Source: Alkalilimnicola ehrlichii MLHE-1 (GTDB lineage: Bacteria; Pseudomonadota; Gammaproteobacteria; Nitrococcales; Halorhodospiraceae). Taken from it: DNA of 32,000 bases. A model generated the notes under the pieces. It saw nothing but the letters and a program-made list of their open reading frames with translations. It did not search any database and was not told where the DNA came from. Location: the NCBI RefSeq assembly GCF_000014785.1, contig NC_008340.1:2310001-2342000 (forward strand), read 5' to 3'. The first letter of the stretch is position 1, and every line of letters begins with the position of its first letter. The translations under genes and the position numbers were made by a program. Below, in pieces: positions 17,416 through 24,878 of the stretch.

Positions 17416-19560
17416 TCAGGTGCGGGAGGACTCCATCCCCTCGCCCTGTGCACTGAAGACCGCGGAGCGGTGGCGGAGTTCCGCGGCCATCCGCGAGGCC
17501 TTCATCACCTCGCCGAACGTCTGGTAGCCCTGCGCCTCCAGCCGCTCAATGATACGAACCAGCAGCTCGGCGGTGGCCAGGGTATCGCCCAGAGCGGTGT
17601 GACGGCCGGTGATGGCAATGCCGTAGCGGTCGCACAGCGCGTCCAGCGAGTGGTCCTCCTCATCACCGTCCAGCAGGGCCGAGAGCAGCAGGGTGTCGAG
17701 CACCGGATTATCGAAGCGCACCCCGGCCTCGCGCTCCTTCATGCTGATGAACTTCATATCGAAGGCGGCATTGTGCGCCACCAGGACGGCGTCCCCCACG
17801 AAGGATTTAAACTGGGGCAGCACCACCTCGATGGGCGGCTTGTCCTGCACATCGTCGTCGGTGATGCCGTGGAAGCGCACGGAGCCAGGCGGGATGGGGC
17901 GTCCCGGATTGATGATTCGGTCAAAGGTCTCACCGGTCAGTACCCGGCCGTTCACCACCCGGACCCCGGCGATGGAGATGATCTCATCGCCCCCCTCGGG
18001 GTTCAGCCCGGTCATCTCGCAATCGAACACCACGAAACTCAGGTCGGCCAGCCGCCGGGCCGCCAGGGCCTCGTCCCCGGCATACTCCTGCATCAGCCCG
18101 AAGTCGTAGAACTCGGGCCGTGCCGGCAGCCGCTCCTCCTCCTCCATGAACTGGGGCCGGCGGGACATCATCAGCGGCAAGCGCAACAAGGCCTGCCCCT
18201 CGCGCCTGCCCGTCTGGCTCCAGGGCTCACAGCCATGCCGCTCCAGGATATCCCCCAGGTGCTGGCCGCCCACCTCATCGCCGCCGCAGGGGATCGCCAT
18301 CCAGCGGTTCAGCTCGCCGGTAGTGATCGGCTCGCCCTGCCAGCTGATGTCCACGTACACCCGGGTATCGCCCAGCAACGCCTCCACATCGAAGGCCGTC
18401 GCGCCGGTATGGTCATGCACCTGTCGCACCAGGCAATCCAGCGCCAGCATCAGTGAAAGGCTGTCGCCATGGACCCAGAGCGGCAGCCCCACCAGGGTCA
18501 ACCGGACGTCCGGGAGGTCCATCAGCCGCTGCTGCAGGCAGTTGACCAGATCCCCCACGAAGACGTCGGCCATGGGCCACCGCCCCAGGTTGTAGCCCCG
18601 GATCTGGTGGGCCAGCTCGTCGATCTGCTCGCTCAGCTTCTCACTCTCGCTGCGAATGACGGCATCGAACGACTGGCGCTCCTCCGGCTTCATGTCCGGA
18701 TAGCTGGCCACGGTCTCCGCGGCGGCGCGCAGGTTGCCCACCACGCCACGCAGGTCGCGGGTGAGCGCCCGGCGCACGGCGTCACCCTGGGCCAGTCGGG
18801 TGAGATCGCTGGAGATGTCCACCAGGGTGATGAGATAACCGGTAATCTGGCCCTGGCTGTTCTGAATCAAGGCCATGCGCCCATGGAACATGCGCTGGGC
18901 ATCGGCGCTGGTGCAGACGAAGGGGGCGGAGAGTTCCGTCGGCAGGTCCACATCGCCCTTGTGGCGGCGCTCCAGGCGCTCCAGGGTGTGCTGCACCGGC
19001 GGACTGGAGAGCACGTTGAACAGGGGGCGGCCGAGACCGATGGCCTCCGGGTGTCCGAGGATAGTCCCGGCCGCCCGGTTGTAGAGCATGATCTGGTGCT
19101 GGCGGTTGCAGACCAGCACCCCTTCGCTGAGTCCCTGCAGGATGGTCTCCAGCCAGGTCTTCTGCTCGGAGAGTTCGGCGGTGGCCGATTGCATGGCCTT
19201 GCGGGTCTCTCGCCGCGACTTGCGCAACGCATCGGCCAGTGACTCCACCGTGGTCGGCAGGTCCCCGAGGGCATGGCGCCGGGGGAGGATGATCTCCTGG
19301 TTCGCCTGGCGGGATTCCAGCAGCGCCCGGACCCCGCGGCTGAGCTTCCGGGAGGGCCGCATCAACAGGCGCTCCAGCAAGAGCCAGCTGACCAGCCCGA
19401 CGGCCACCACCCCAAGTACCCCGAGGCTGGCCACCAGCGCGGTGTTATCGGTGCCCCCCGGCTCGCTGGGCGTGACGCTGTAGACCGCGAGCACCACTAT
19501 GGCGGCGGCGACGGCAACTGCGCCCGTCAGGACCCAGGTGACGAAGGGCCGCTGCCGCAT
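17416..19560 (-). CDS. membrane HAMP-PAS sensor with degenerate histidine-kinase-like core fused to C-terminal DEDDh (DnaQ/PolIII-epsilon-like) 3'-5' exonuclease
   Basis: Two N-terminal TM helices with a ~13-aa loop, then a HAMP-length linker and a PAS-like segment (LSEGVLVCNRQHQIMLYNRAAGTILG). The H-box position reads LTRDLRGVV, where HisKA has SHELRTPL. There are no clear N/G boxes. Exo motifs are intact: FDCEMTG, VAHNAAFDMKF, HTALGDTLATAEL. Confidence 0.85.
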   Translation of the reverse strand: MRQRPFVTWVLTGAVAVAAAIVVLAVYSVTPSEPGGTDNTALVASLGVLGVVAVGLVSWLLLERLLMRPSRKLSRGVRALLESRQANQEIILPRRHALGDLPTTVESLADALRKSRRETRKAMQSATAELSEQKTWLETILQGLSEGVLVCNRQHQIMLYNRAAGTILGHPEAIGLGRPLFNVLSSPPVQHTLERLERRHKGDVDLPTELSAPFVCTSADAQRMFHGRMALIQNSQGQITGYLITLVDISSDLTRLAQGDAVRRALTRDLRGVVGNLRAAAETVASYPDMKPEERQSFDAVIRSESEKLSEQIDELAHQIRGYNLGRWPMADVFVGDLVNCLQQRLMDLPDVRLTLVGLPLWVHGDSLSLMLALDCLVRQVHDHTGATAFDVEALLGDTRVYVDISWQGEPITTGELNRWMAIPCGGDEVGGQHLGDILERHGCEPWSQTGRREGQALLRLPLMMSRRPQFMEEEERLPARPEFYDFGLMQEYAGDEALAARRLADLSFVVFDCEMTGLNPEGGDEIISIAGVRVVNGRVLTGETFDRIINPGRPIPPGSVRFHGITDDDVQDKPPIEVVLPQFKSFVGDAVLVAHNAAFDMKFISMKEREAGVRFDNPVLDTLLLSALLDGDEEDHSLDALCDRYGIAITGRHTALGDTLATAELLVRIIERLEAQGYQTFGEVMKASRMAAELRHRSAVFSAQGEGMESSRT

Positions 19561-19982
19561 TACATACTTCCGGCGATCGGCGTCGGTGCGGAGGCCAGCG
19601 GTGTATCGCGGCCGGCCTTCATGTAGTGCGCCACCCGCCGGAGCAGATCCCGGGTGCTGAATGGCTTGGTCACGTAATCGTCCGCGCCCAGCGCCAGGCC
19701 CTTCTCACGCTCGGTTTGGCGCCCACGGGCCGTGAGCATGATAACGCCCGCATCCCGGCCCCCCGGCACCTCGCGTAACCGCTGGCAGACCTCGTAGCCG
19801 TCCTCACCAGGCAGCATCAGGTCGAGCAGGATCACTCGGGGCCGATGGACCCGCGCCAGTTCCAGGGCCTGGCATCCGTCGCAGGCCACATGCACCGGAT
19901 AGCCCTCCGCCTGCATCAGAAAACGCAGGGAGAGGACAATGTTGGGCTCATCGTCGACAACGAGAACGGAATGGGACTCCAT
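19560..19982 (-). CDS. stand-alone response-regulator receiver (CheY-like)
   Basis: VLVVDDEPN, ILLDLMLPGEDG, IMLTA and VTKPF together form a complete phospho-acceptor pocket. GGGAGGAG lies upstream of the ATG. The TAA stop shares one base with the ATG of the next gene (TAATG). Confidence 0.9.
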   Translation of the reverse strand: MESHSVLVVDDEPNIVLSLRFLMQAEGYPVHVACDGCQALELARVHRPRVILLDLMLPGEDGYEVCQRLREVPGGRDAGVIMLTARGRQTEREKGLALGADDYVTKPFSTRDLLRRVAHYMKAGRDTPLASAPTPIAGSM

Positions 19983-20048
19983 GGCTCCTCCCGAAACCTT
20001 ACGCCGCCCGGGCCCTGCTTGGGGGAACCCGTTGGTTCAGCGATTATC

Positions 20049-20078
20049 GCTATAGTTTCTGGCTATAGTTTTCCAGAA
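20049..20078. promoter_or_regulatory. tandem 10-bp direct repeat plus overlapping inverted repeat in divergent promoter region
   Basis: GCTATAGTTT occurs at 20049-20058 and 20062-20071 (13-bp period). TTCTGG-N10-CCAGAA spans 20057-20078. The site is ~70-95 bp upstream of the receiver gene and ~125 bp upstream of the 83-aa ORF. Confidence 0.35.
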
Positions 20079-20201
20079 AACATAGCACAGCGGGCTTACC
20101 GCCGTCATGCCGAGCCCTCCACCCCGAGCGCTTGATCAGGCGGGCGTGACTGCCTATTCTGGTCGCCCACTGAGGCGGCGCGGGCGCGCGGAGCAATCAC
20201 T

Positions 20202-20453
20202 ATGGTGCAGGAAAAGAAGCGCAGTGTTATACCACCGGATCGCGGTCTACGCATCCTGATGAAAATCGGTGTTCCTATCGGGGCCATCAGCCTGCTATCG
20301 CTGTGGCTGGCCTATTTCACCGACACCCCGATGTTGATGCCGCTGTTTCTCATTACCGCGCTCCTGGCCTTCGCCATCGGCATGGCGTACAACATTCGCC
20401 TGGTCATCCTGATGGTTCGGCAAAAGCGCCAGGCGGAGCGCCAGCAACCCTAG
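20202..20453 (+). CDS. small hypothetical membrane protein (2 predicted TM helices)
   Basis: 83-aa ORF with basic ends and two hydrophobic stretches (IGVPIGAISLLSLWLAYF, LMPLFLITALLAFAIGMAY). GC is locally lower than in neighbouring genes. I recognise no homology. Confidence 0.5.
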   Translation: MVQEKKRSVIPPDRGLRILMKIGVPIGAISLLSLWLAYFTDTPMLMPLFLITALLAFAIGMAYNIRLVILMVRQKRQAERQQP

Positions 20454-20468
20454 GCCGCCTGCGCCCCT

Positions 20469-21926
20469 TCAGATATCGCCGACCAGGGTCTTACGCAGAC
20501 GCCTGAGCAGCCCCTGGGAGGTCTTCATGCTGCGGACCAACTGATCGTGTTCCCGGCGGGTGAGGGTCTCCGGCGGCAGGTGCGGCCGGGGCGCGCGGCC
20601 CGCCGCCACCTCCTGGACCTGGTGGGCGAGCAGCAGGTGGCACATGAAGCCATGGGCGTGGGTCAGCGCGTCCAGGTCATTGGTGTTCAGCGCCCCCAGT
20701 TCATGGAGCCGCCTCATGCGCTCCCGGGTGGCGGTCGCCTCCACCCCATGGGCCAACGCATATAGGCGCACCGCCTCGACGATGGGCATGATGCCGTGGC
20801 GTTTGAGATTGATCTCGCCCTGGTGGATCGAGTCATCGGACTCCGTGACCAAGCGGTCAAACCACCCCAGCCCCACCTCTTTCGGCGAGTCGGCCAGCAT
20901 CAACGCCCGCATGAATCCCGGTGAGCCGCCCACCCGCTCCACCATCAGGCGGCGCAGCGACTGCCCGAGGGCAACGTCCCCGCAGACCACCCGAAAGTCC
21001 AGCAACACACTGGCGTTGAGCAGTACCTGGGGACGGCGGCTGCGCATCCAGTAGTCGAGTTGTGCCAGCCACTGGCTGTGGCTCTTCCGCCAGAGTGGGT
21101 TGCGGGCCATGACGTGCCCCTGGCAGTAGGGGATCCCCACCTGGTCCAGATCCCGGTTGAGCCGGGCGGCGAACTCCGCGAAATAGGCATCCACCGCGGT
21201 GTGCTCGGCGTCCGGGTAGTCGGCGATGATCAGGCCATTGTCCTGATCCGGCCCGAGGAAGCTCTCACGCCGGCCTCCCGAGCCCATCACCATGACCGCG
21301 AAGGCCGCCGGCGGCCGCCCCCAGCCATCCAGCGCCAGACCCTCCACGGCGTTGGCAGTGAGCTGGCGGTAGATGTCCTCGTTGATTCCGGACAGCAGGG
21401 CCTGGATCTCGGGGGCATCCAGCCTGTCCGCCAGCAGGTCGCCGGCCAGGTCGGACTGGGCCTGCCGGATGGCGCGCAGGCCGGATACCGTCGCCGACTG
21501 GGCGAACCGGTCCAGGCGCTCGAGGTAGCGGGGCAATCCCGCACCCAGGGCGTCGGCCCGGGACAACAGGCCAATCACCCGCCCGGCATCGTCCACCACC
21601 GGCAGGTATTGCGCACGGGTGACACGCATCACCCCCACCAGGCGGTACAACCGCTCATCGTGCCGCGCCACCCGCACCGGCCCGGTCAGCACCTCACTTA
21701 CCGGCGTCTCCGGCGCCACCCTGAAGGCCACGCGATGGGCCACGTCGCGGCCACTCAACTGCCCGACCACCCGCCCCCCGCCGCGGGTGATCACGGCGCA
21801 ATTGCTTCCCGTCTCCGCGAGCCGCGCAATGACCTTTTCGCAGGGGGTGGTACGGTCACAGACCACCACGGCCGGACGCATGGCGTCCTTGGCAGTGCGC
21901 AGGAAGAGCTCCGAATACCCAGCCAC
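20469..21926 (-). CDS. CBS pair + DUF294 nucleotidyltransferase protein
   Basis: An N-terminal CBS pair (MRPAVVVCDRTTPCEKVIARL...VVGQLSGRDV; YLPVVDDAGRVIGLLSRADAL) is followed by VMVMGSGGRRESFLGPDQDNGLII and a DUF294_C tail collinear with the other two paralogs. Confidence 0.85.
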   Translation of the reverse strand: MAGYSELFLRTAKDAMRPAVVVCDRTTPCEKVIARLAETGSNCAVITRGGGRVVGQLSGRDVAHRVAFRVAPETPVSEVLTGPVRVARHDERLYRLVGVMRVTRAQYLPVVDDAGRVIGLLSRADALGAGLPRYLERLDRFAQSATVSGLRAIRQAQSDLAGDLLADRLDAPEIQALLSGINEDIYRQLTANAVEGLALDGWGRPPAAFAVMVMGSGGRRESFLGPDQDNGLIIADYPDAEHTAVDAYFAEFAARLNRDLDQVGIPYCQGHVMARNPLWRKSHSQWLAQLDYWMRSRRPQVLLNASVLLDFRVVCGDVALGQSLRRLMVERVGGSPGFMRALMLADSPKEVGLGWFDRLVTESDDSIHQGEINLKRHGIMPIVEAVRLYALAHGVEATATRERMRRLHELGALNTNDLDALTHAHGFMCHLLLAHQVQEVAAGRAPRPHLPPETLTRREHDQLVRSMKTSQGLLRRLRKTLVGDI

Positions 21927-22095
21927 GTTCCCTCCTTATTCCGCCCGGCCCGCGATAACCCCCCGTGCCCTCCAGTCTGGCACGGGCGCCCGGTACCGTC
22001 TGCCCCGGCGGAGGGCCCCGCGGTTTCCGGCTTAGGCCCATTGGGACCGCATCCGGTACACTCCCACCAGGCTTCGCTAACCGAGCACCTCACCC

Positions 22096-22470
22096 ATGTC
22101 ACAACGACCCCGAGAACCGCACTCCGCGGGCCAGTGGCTGCTGGCCTTCTGGTTCGCCCACTGGCACCTGGCCCGCCTGCCCCGGGACACGGACCGGCTG
22201 GCGCGGGCGGCTTGGTGTCGCGACCACTGCGGCACCTTCGCCGCCCGCTGGTTCATCCTGGCGCTGGTGCTGATTCTGATCCAGACCTCACCGCTGGGCA
22301 CCCTCTTTGTGATCGGCGGCACTCCGGTGCTGATCCTGCTGTTTCTGCCGGCCTTTCTCATCGCCATCGCGCACGTGGCCTGGCAGATCATCTCCCAGCG
22401 GCGGGCGGGACCGCCGCGCATCGACCCGCCCCAGGAGTGGGACGATCAGGACGACGACCGGCGATTCTGA
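22096..22470 (+). CDS. hypothetical membrane protein
   Basis: 124-aa ORF with high GC3 and two clear hydrophobic helices (WFILALVLILIQ..., VLILLFLPAFLIAIAHVAW). It has no SD and no homology I recognise. Its last 25 nt overlap the convergent gene. Confidence 0.4.
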   Translation: MSQRPREPHSAGQWLLAFWFAHWHLARLPRDTDRLARAAWCRDHCGTFAARWFILALVLILIQTSPLGTLFVIGGTPVLILLFLPAFLIAIAHVAWQIISQRRAGPPRIDPPQEWDDQDDDRRF

Positions 22471-23543
22471 TCGCAGCGCCCGGCGGCGGTCAGGGCATTA
22501 CCGGGGGTGATTAGGATGTGGTGTAGCTGGTAGGGCCGCATCATGGGGGCGTCGATATCGATGGTCATATCCATGTTCGCCACGGGGTAGGGTCGTGCGG
22601 TGATGGCCGTGTCCACCGCCTGGTGCCCGCCCACGCTGGAGAAGCCGTTGATCACGCCGGTGAAGGCGTTGCCGGCGGGCGAGACCGTCTCCAGGGGCAC
22701 ACCCGGCGTAATCTCCCCCCGGGCCGCCATCAGCGCGAGTCGGGCCGAGGTCCCGGTGCCGGTGGGACAGCGCCATATCACCCCCGGATGGCCATAGGTG
22801 GCGGAGGCGGCCCACAATCTGCCGTCGGCGCGTCGCTCTACGGGGCCCATGAAATGCAGGAACCGGGGCAGCCCCACGGCCCCCAGTTCCGGGTGCTGAT
22901 AACGGAATTCACGCTGCACGGCGTTGACGATGCGATCGGCAGTCAGGATCATGGCGTTGATCTCCGCCTCCGCCACCCGATGCCCCAGACTGGCCGCATC
23001 CACCATGATGTAATAACCCCCGCTCCAGGCCAGGTCGTAGCGCACCGTCCCCAGACCCGGCACAGTCACGGACTCATCCCTGGCCTGGATGAAGGCCGGC
23101 GAGCCCTGCGCGGTCACCGACTCCACGACCCCGTCACGATTGCGCGTGCGCACCCGGGTCAGGCCCGCCGGCGCCTCCAGGCAGAGCGACTGCTCGCCCT
23201 CCTCCATGGGGACCAGGCCCGCCTCCAGCACCGCGGCCGCGGTGGCGATGGTGTTGGAACCGGAGTAAAAGGGGTACCCCATGACCTCCATGATGACGTA
23301 GCCCAGCTGCGCCTCCGGCAGGCAGGCGGGCATGACCAGGTCGACGCACATGGAGTCGTAACCGAAGGGCTCGCTGATCAGCAACCGGCGCAGGCCGTCG
23401 GCGCGCGACTCCAGATAGTCCATGCTGTCGCGCACCGTGGGCCCCGGGCAGGGGGCCACCCCGCCCATCACCACCCGGTGCACATCCCCGCCCACGTCCA
23501 CATCCACCAGACGAAGCTGGCGCAGGCTGGCTTTAGCGCGCAT
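22446..23543 (-). CDS. proline racemase/hydroxyproline epimerase-superfamily protein with non-canonical catalytic pair
   Basis: Family landmarks: VDVDVGGDVHRVVMGG, GYPFYSGSNTIATAAAVLEAG and WRCPTGTGTSARLA. I prefer the ATG at 23543 (MRAKASLRQLRLVDVDV) over the track start at 23630, which overlaps the upstream gene extensively. Confidence 0.8.
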   Translation of the reverse strand: MRAKASLRQLRLVDVDVGGDVHRVVMGGVAPCPGPTVRDSMDYLESRADGLRRLLISEPFGYDSMCVDLVMPACLPEAQLGYVIMEVMGYPFYSGSNTIATAAAVLEAGLVPMEEGEQSLCLEAPAGLTRVRTRNRDGVVESVTAQGSPAFIQARDESVTVPGLGTVRYDLAWSGGYYIMVDAASLGHRVAEAEINAMILTADRIVNAVQREFRYQHPELGAVGLPRFLHFMGPVERRADGRLWAASATYGHPGVIWRCPTGTGTSARLALMAARGEITPGVPLETVSPAGNAFTGVINGFSSVGGHQAVDTAITARPYPVANMDMTIDIDAPMMRPYQLHHILITPGNALTAAGRCDQNRRSSS

Positions 23544-24633
23544 GGGGGCGGCCCACCTCGTCCCATTTTCGATCAGGCACCACCACCAGCTTGCCGATAT
23601 AGGACTTTTCCATGAAATCCCGCTGCGCACGATGGAAATCGGAGAGCCGGTAGGTGTTGTACAGCAGCGCCCGCACCTGCCCCCTCTCGATATAGCCGAC
23701 CAGGCGCCGAAAATCCCCGCGGGTGCCCTGGGAGGAGCCGTGCAGTTGCAGATGCTTGAGATAGAGCGTCCGCAGATCCAACTGCACCACGGGCCCCGCG
23801 ATGGCGCCGGCCGTGGTATACCGGCCCTCCGGACGCAGCACCCGCAGCAGGTCGTTGAACAGCGGGCCGGCCACCAGATCGGCCACCACGTCGATGGGCC
23901 GGCCTTCGGTGGCCTGGTCCACCGCCGTCACCAGATCGCCACTCTCACGGGGGATGACCGCTTCGGCACCAATCCCGCGCACCGCCTCTGCCTTGTCCCG
24001 GCTGGTCACGGCGTAGGGGATGGCGCCCCGCGCCCGGCACAGCTGTATGATGCCGGAGCCCACGCCGCCGGAGGCACCGGTCACCAGCACCCGCTCCCCC
24101 GCCTGCACCCGGGCCCGTTCCAGCATGTGCTCGCCGGTCAGATAGGCACAGCAGAAGGTCGCCAGTTCGGCGTCGCTCATATCGGTATCCACCACGTGGG
24201 CGTTCTCCGAGGGCACCGCAGTGTACTCGGCATAGCCCCCGTCACGGCCGTGGCCGATGTAGTCGATATCGGCGAGGCTGTCATCCGCCCGGTTATAGAG
24301 GCTGAAGTCCACCATGACCCGCTCACCGATGCGGGCCTCGGGCACGCCCTCGCCTACGGCCACGACGGTGCCGACGATATCGGTGCCCTGGATGCGCGGA
24401 AAGGTCAGGGTCGAGCGGCCCCGGCGCCAGGTGGAGACACTGTCCGGATCGGTCTCGGTGCCGTAGGCCCCCTGCCGCACCCAGACGTCGGTGTTGTTCA
24501 TGCCGCAGGCACTGACCTCGATCAGCACCTCGCCCCTCGCCGGTTCCGGGCGCGGCACATCGTCGCGATAGACCAGGGCATCCAAATCACCGTGGCGGGT
24601 CAGTTGCACGGCGTGCATTGTCTTCTTCGCCAT
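23533..24633 (-). CDS. medium-chain (zinc-type) alcohol dehydrogenase / quinone oxidoreductase family protein
   Basis: GEVLIEVSACGMNNTD, PRIQGTDIVGTVVAVGEGV, and the Rossmann motif VLVTGASGGVGSGIIQL. Confidence 0.85.
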   Translation of the reverse strand: MAKKTMHAVQLTRHGDLDALVYRDDVPRPEPARGEVLIEVSACGMNNTDVWVRQGAYGTETDPDSVSTWRRGRSTLTFPRIQGTDIVGTVVAVGEGVPEARIGERVMVDFSLYNRADDSLADIDYIGHGRDGGYAEYTAVPSENAHVVDTDMSDAELATFCCAYLTGEHMLERARVQAGERVLVTGASGGVGSGIIQLCRARGAIPYAVTSRDKAEAVRGIGAEAVIPRESGDLVTAVDQATEGRPIDVVADLVAGPLFNDLLRVLRPEGRYTTAGAIAGPVVQLDLRTLYLKHLQLHGSSQGTRGDFRRLVGYIERGQVRALLYNTYRLSDFHRAQRDFMEKSYIGKLVVVPDRKWDEVGRPHAR

Positions 24634-24878
24634 AGATACGGAGTCCTCCCTGCTCGACCAATGATCGCCCTTCTACAGCAGGGGACCGGCGGCGCCAGCC
24701 ACCGCCTCCTGCGCTGTCTGCCTCGCGATTGCCCCTGATTCTAGGACCCGTGGGCGGGGTTTTACAGCCTATTGCGGTCTGACCAATTCATGTTATGTTG
24801 CAACGCAACAGAACCTGATGTAGCATTCAGCTTGCAGTGCGTTCACTGCGGCCACACGCTCATCGGAGTGCCGACACC

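Noticed and set aside
20060-20075. Sigma-54-like string TGGCTA-TAGTT-TTCC on the plus strand upstream of the 83-aa ORF
   Set aside because: The -12 element reads TTCC instead of TTGC, so the near-invariant GC dinucleotide is lost. It is more simply part of the direct/inverted repeat described in the findings.
21964-21990. TGGCAC hexamer (21978-21983) within inverted repeat CGTGCC-N9-GGCACG, upstream of the 124-aa ORF
   Set aside because: No TTGC-like -12 element occurs at the required spacing (the sequence reads CCCG), so it is not a credible sigma-54 promoter.
24797-24809. Small palindrome GTTGC-aac-GCAAC upstream of the phasin-like ORF, considered as a PhaR-type operator
   Set aside because: It is a single copy with only 5-bp arms, and the downstream gene identity is itself uncertain, so the evidence is insufficient.
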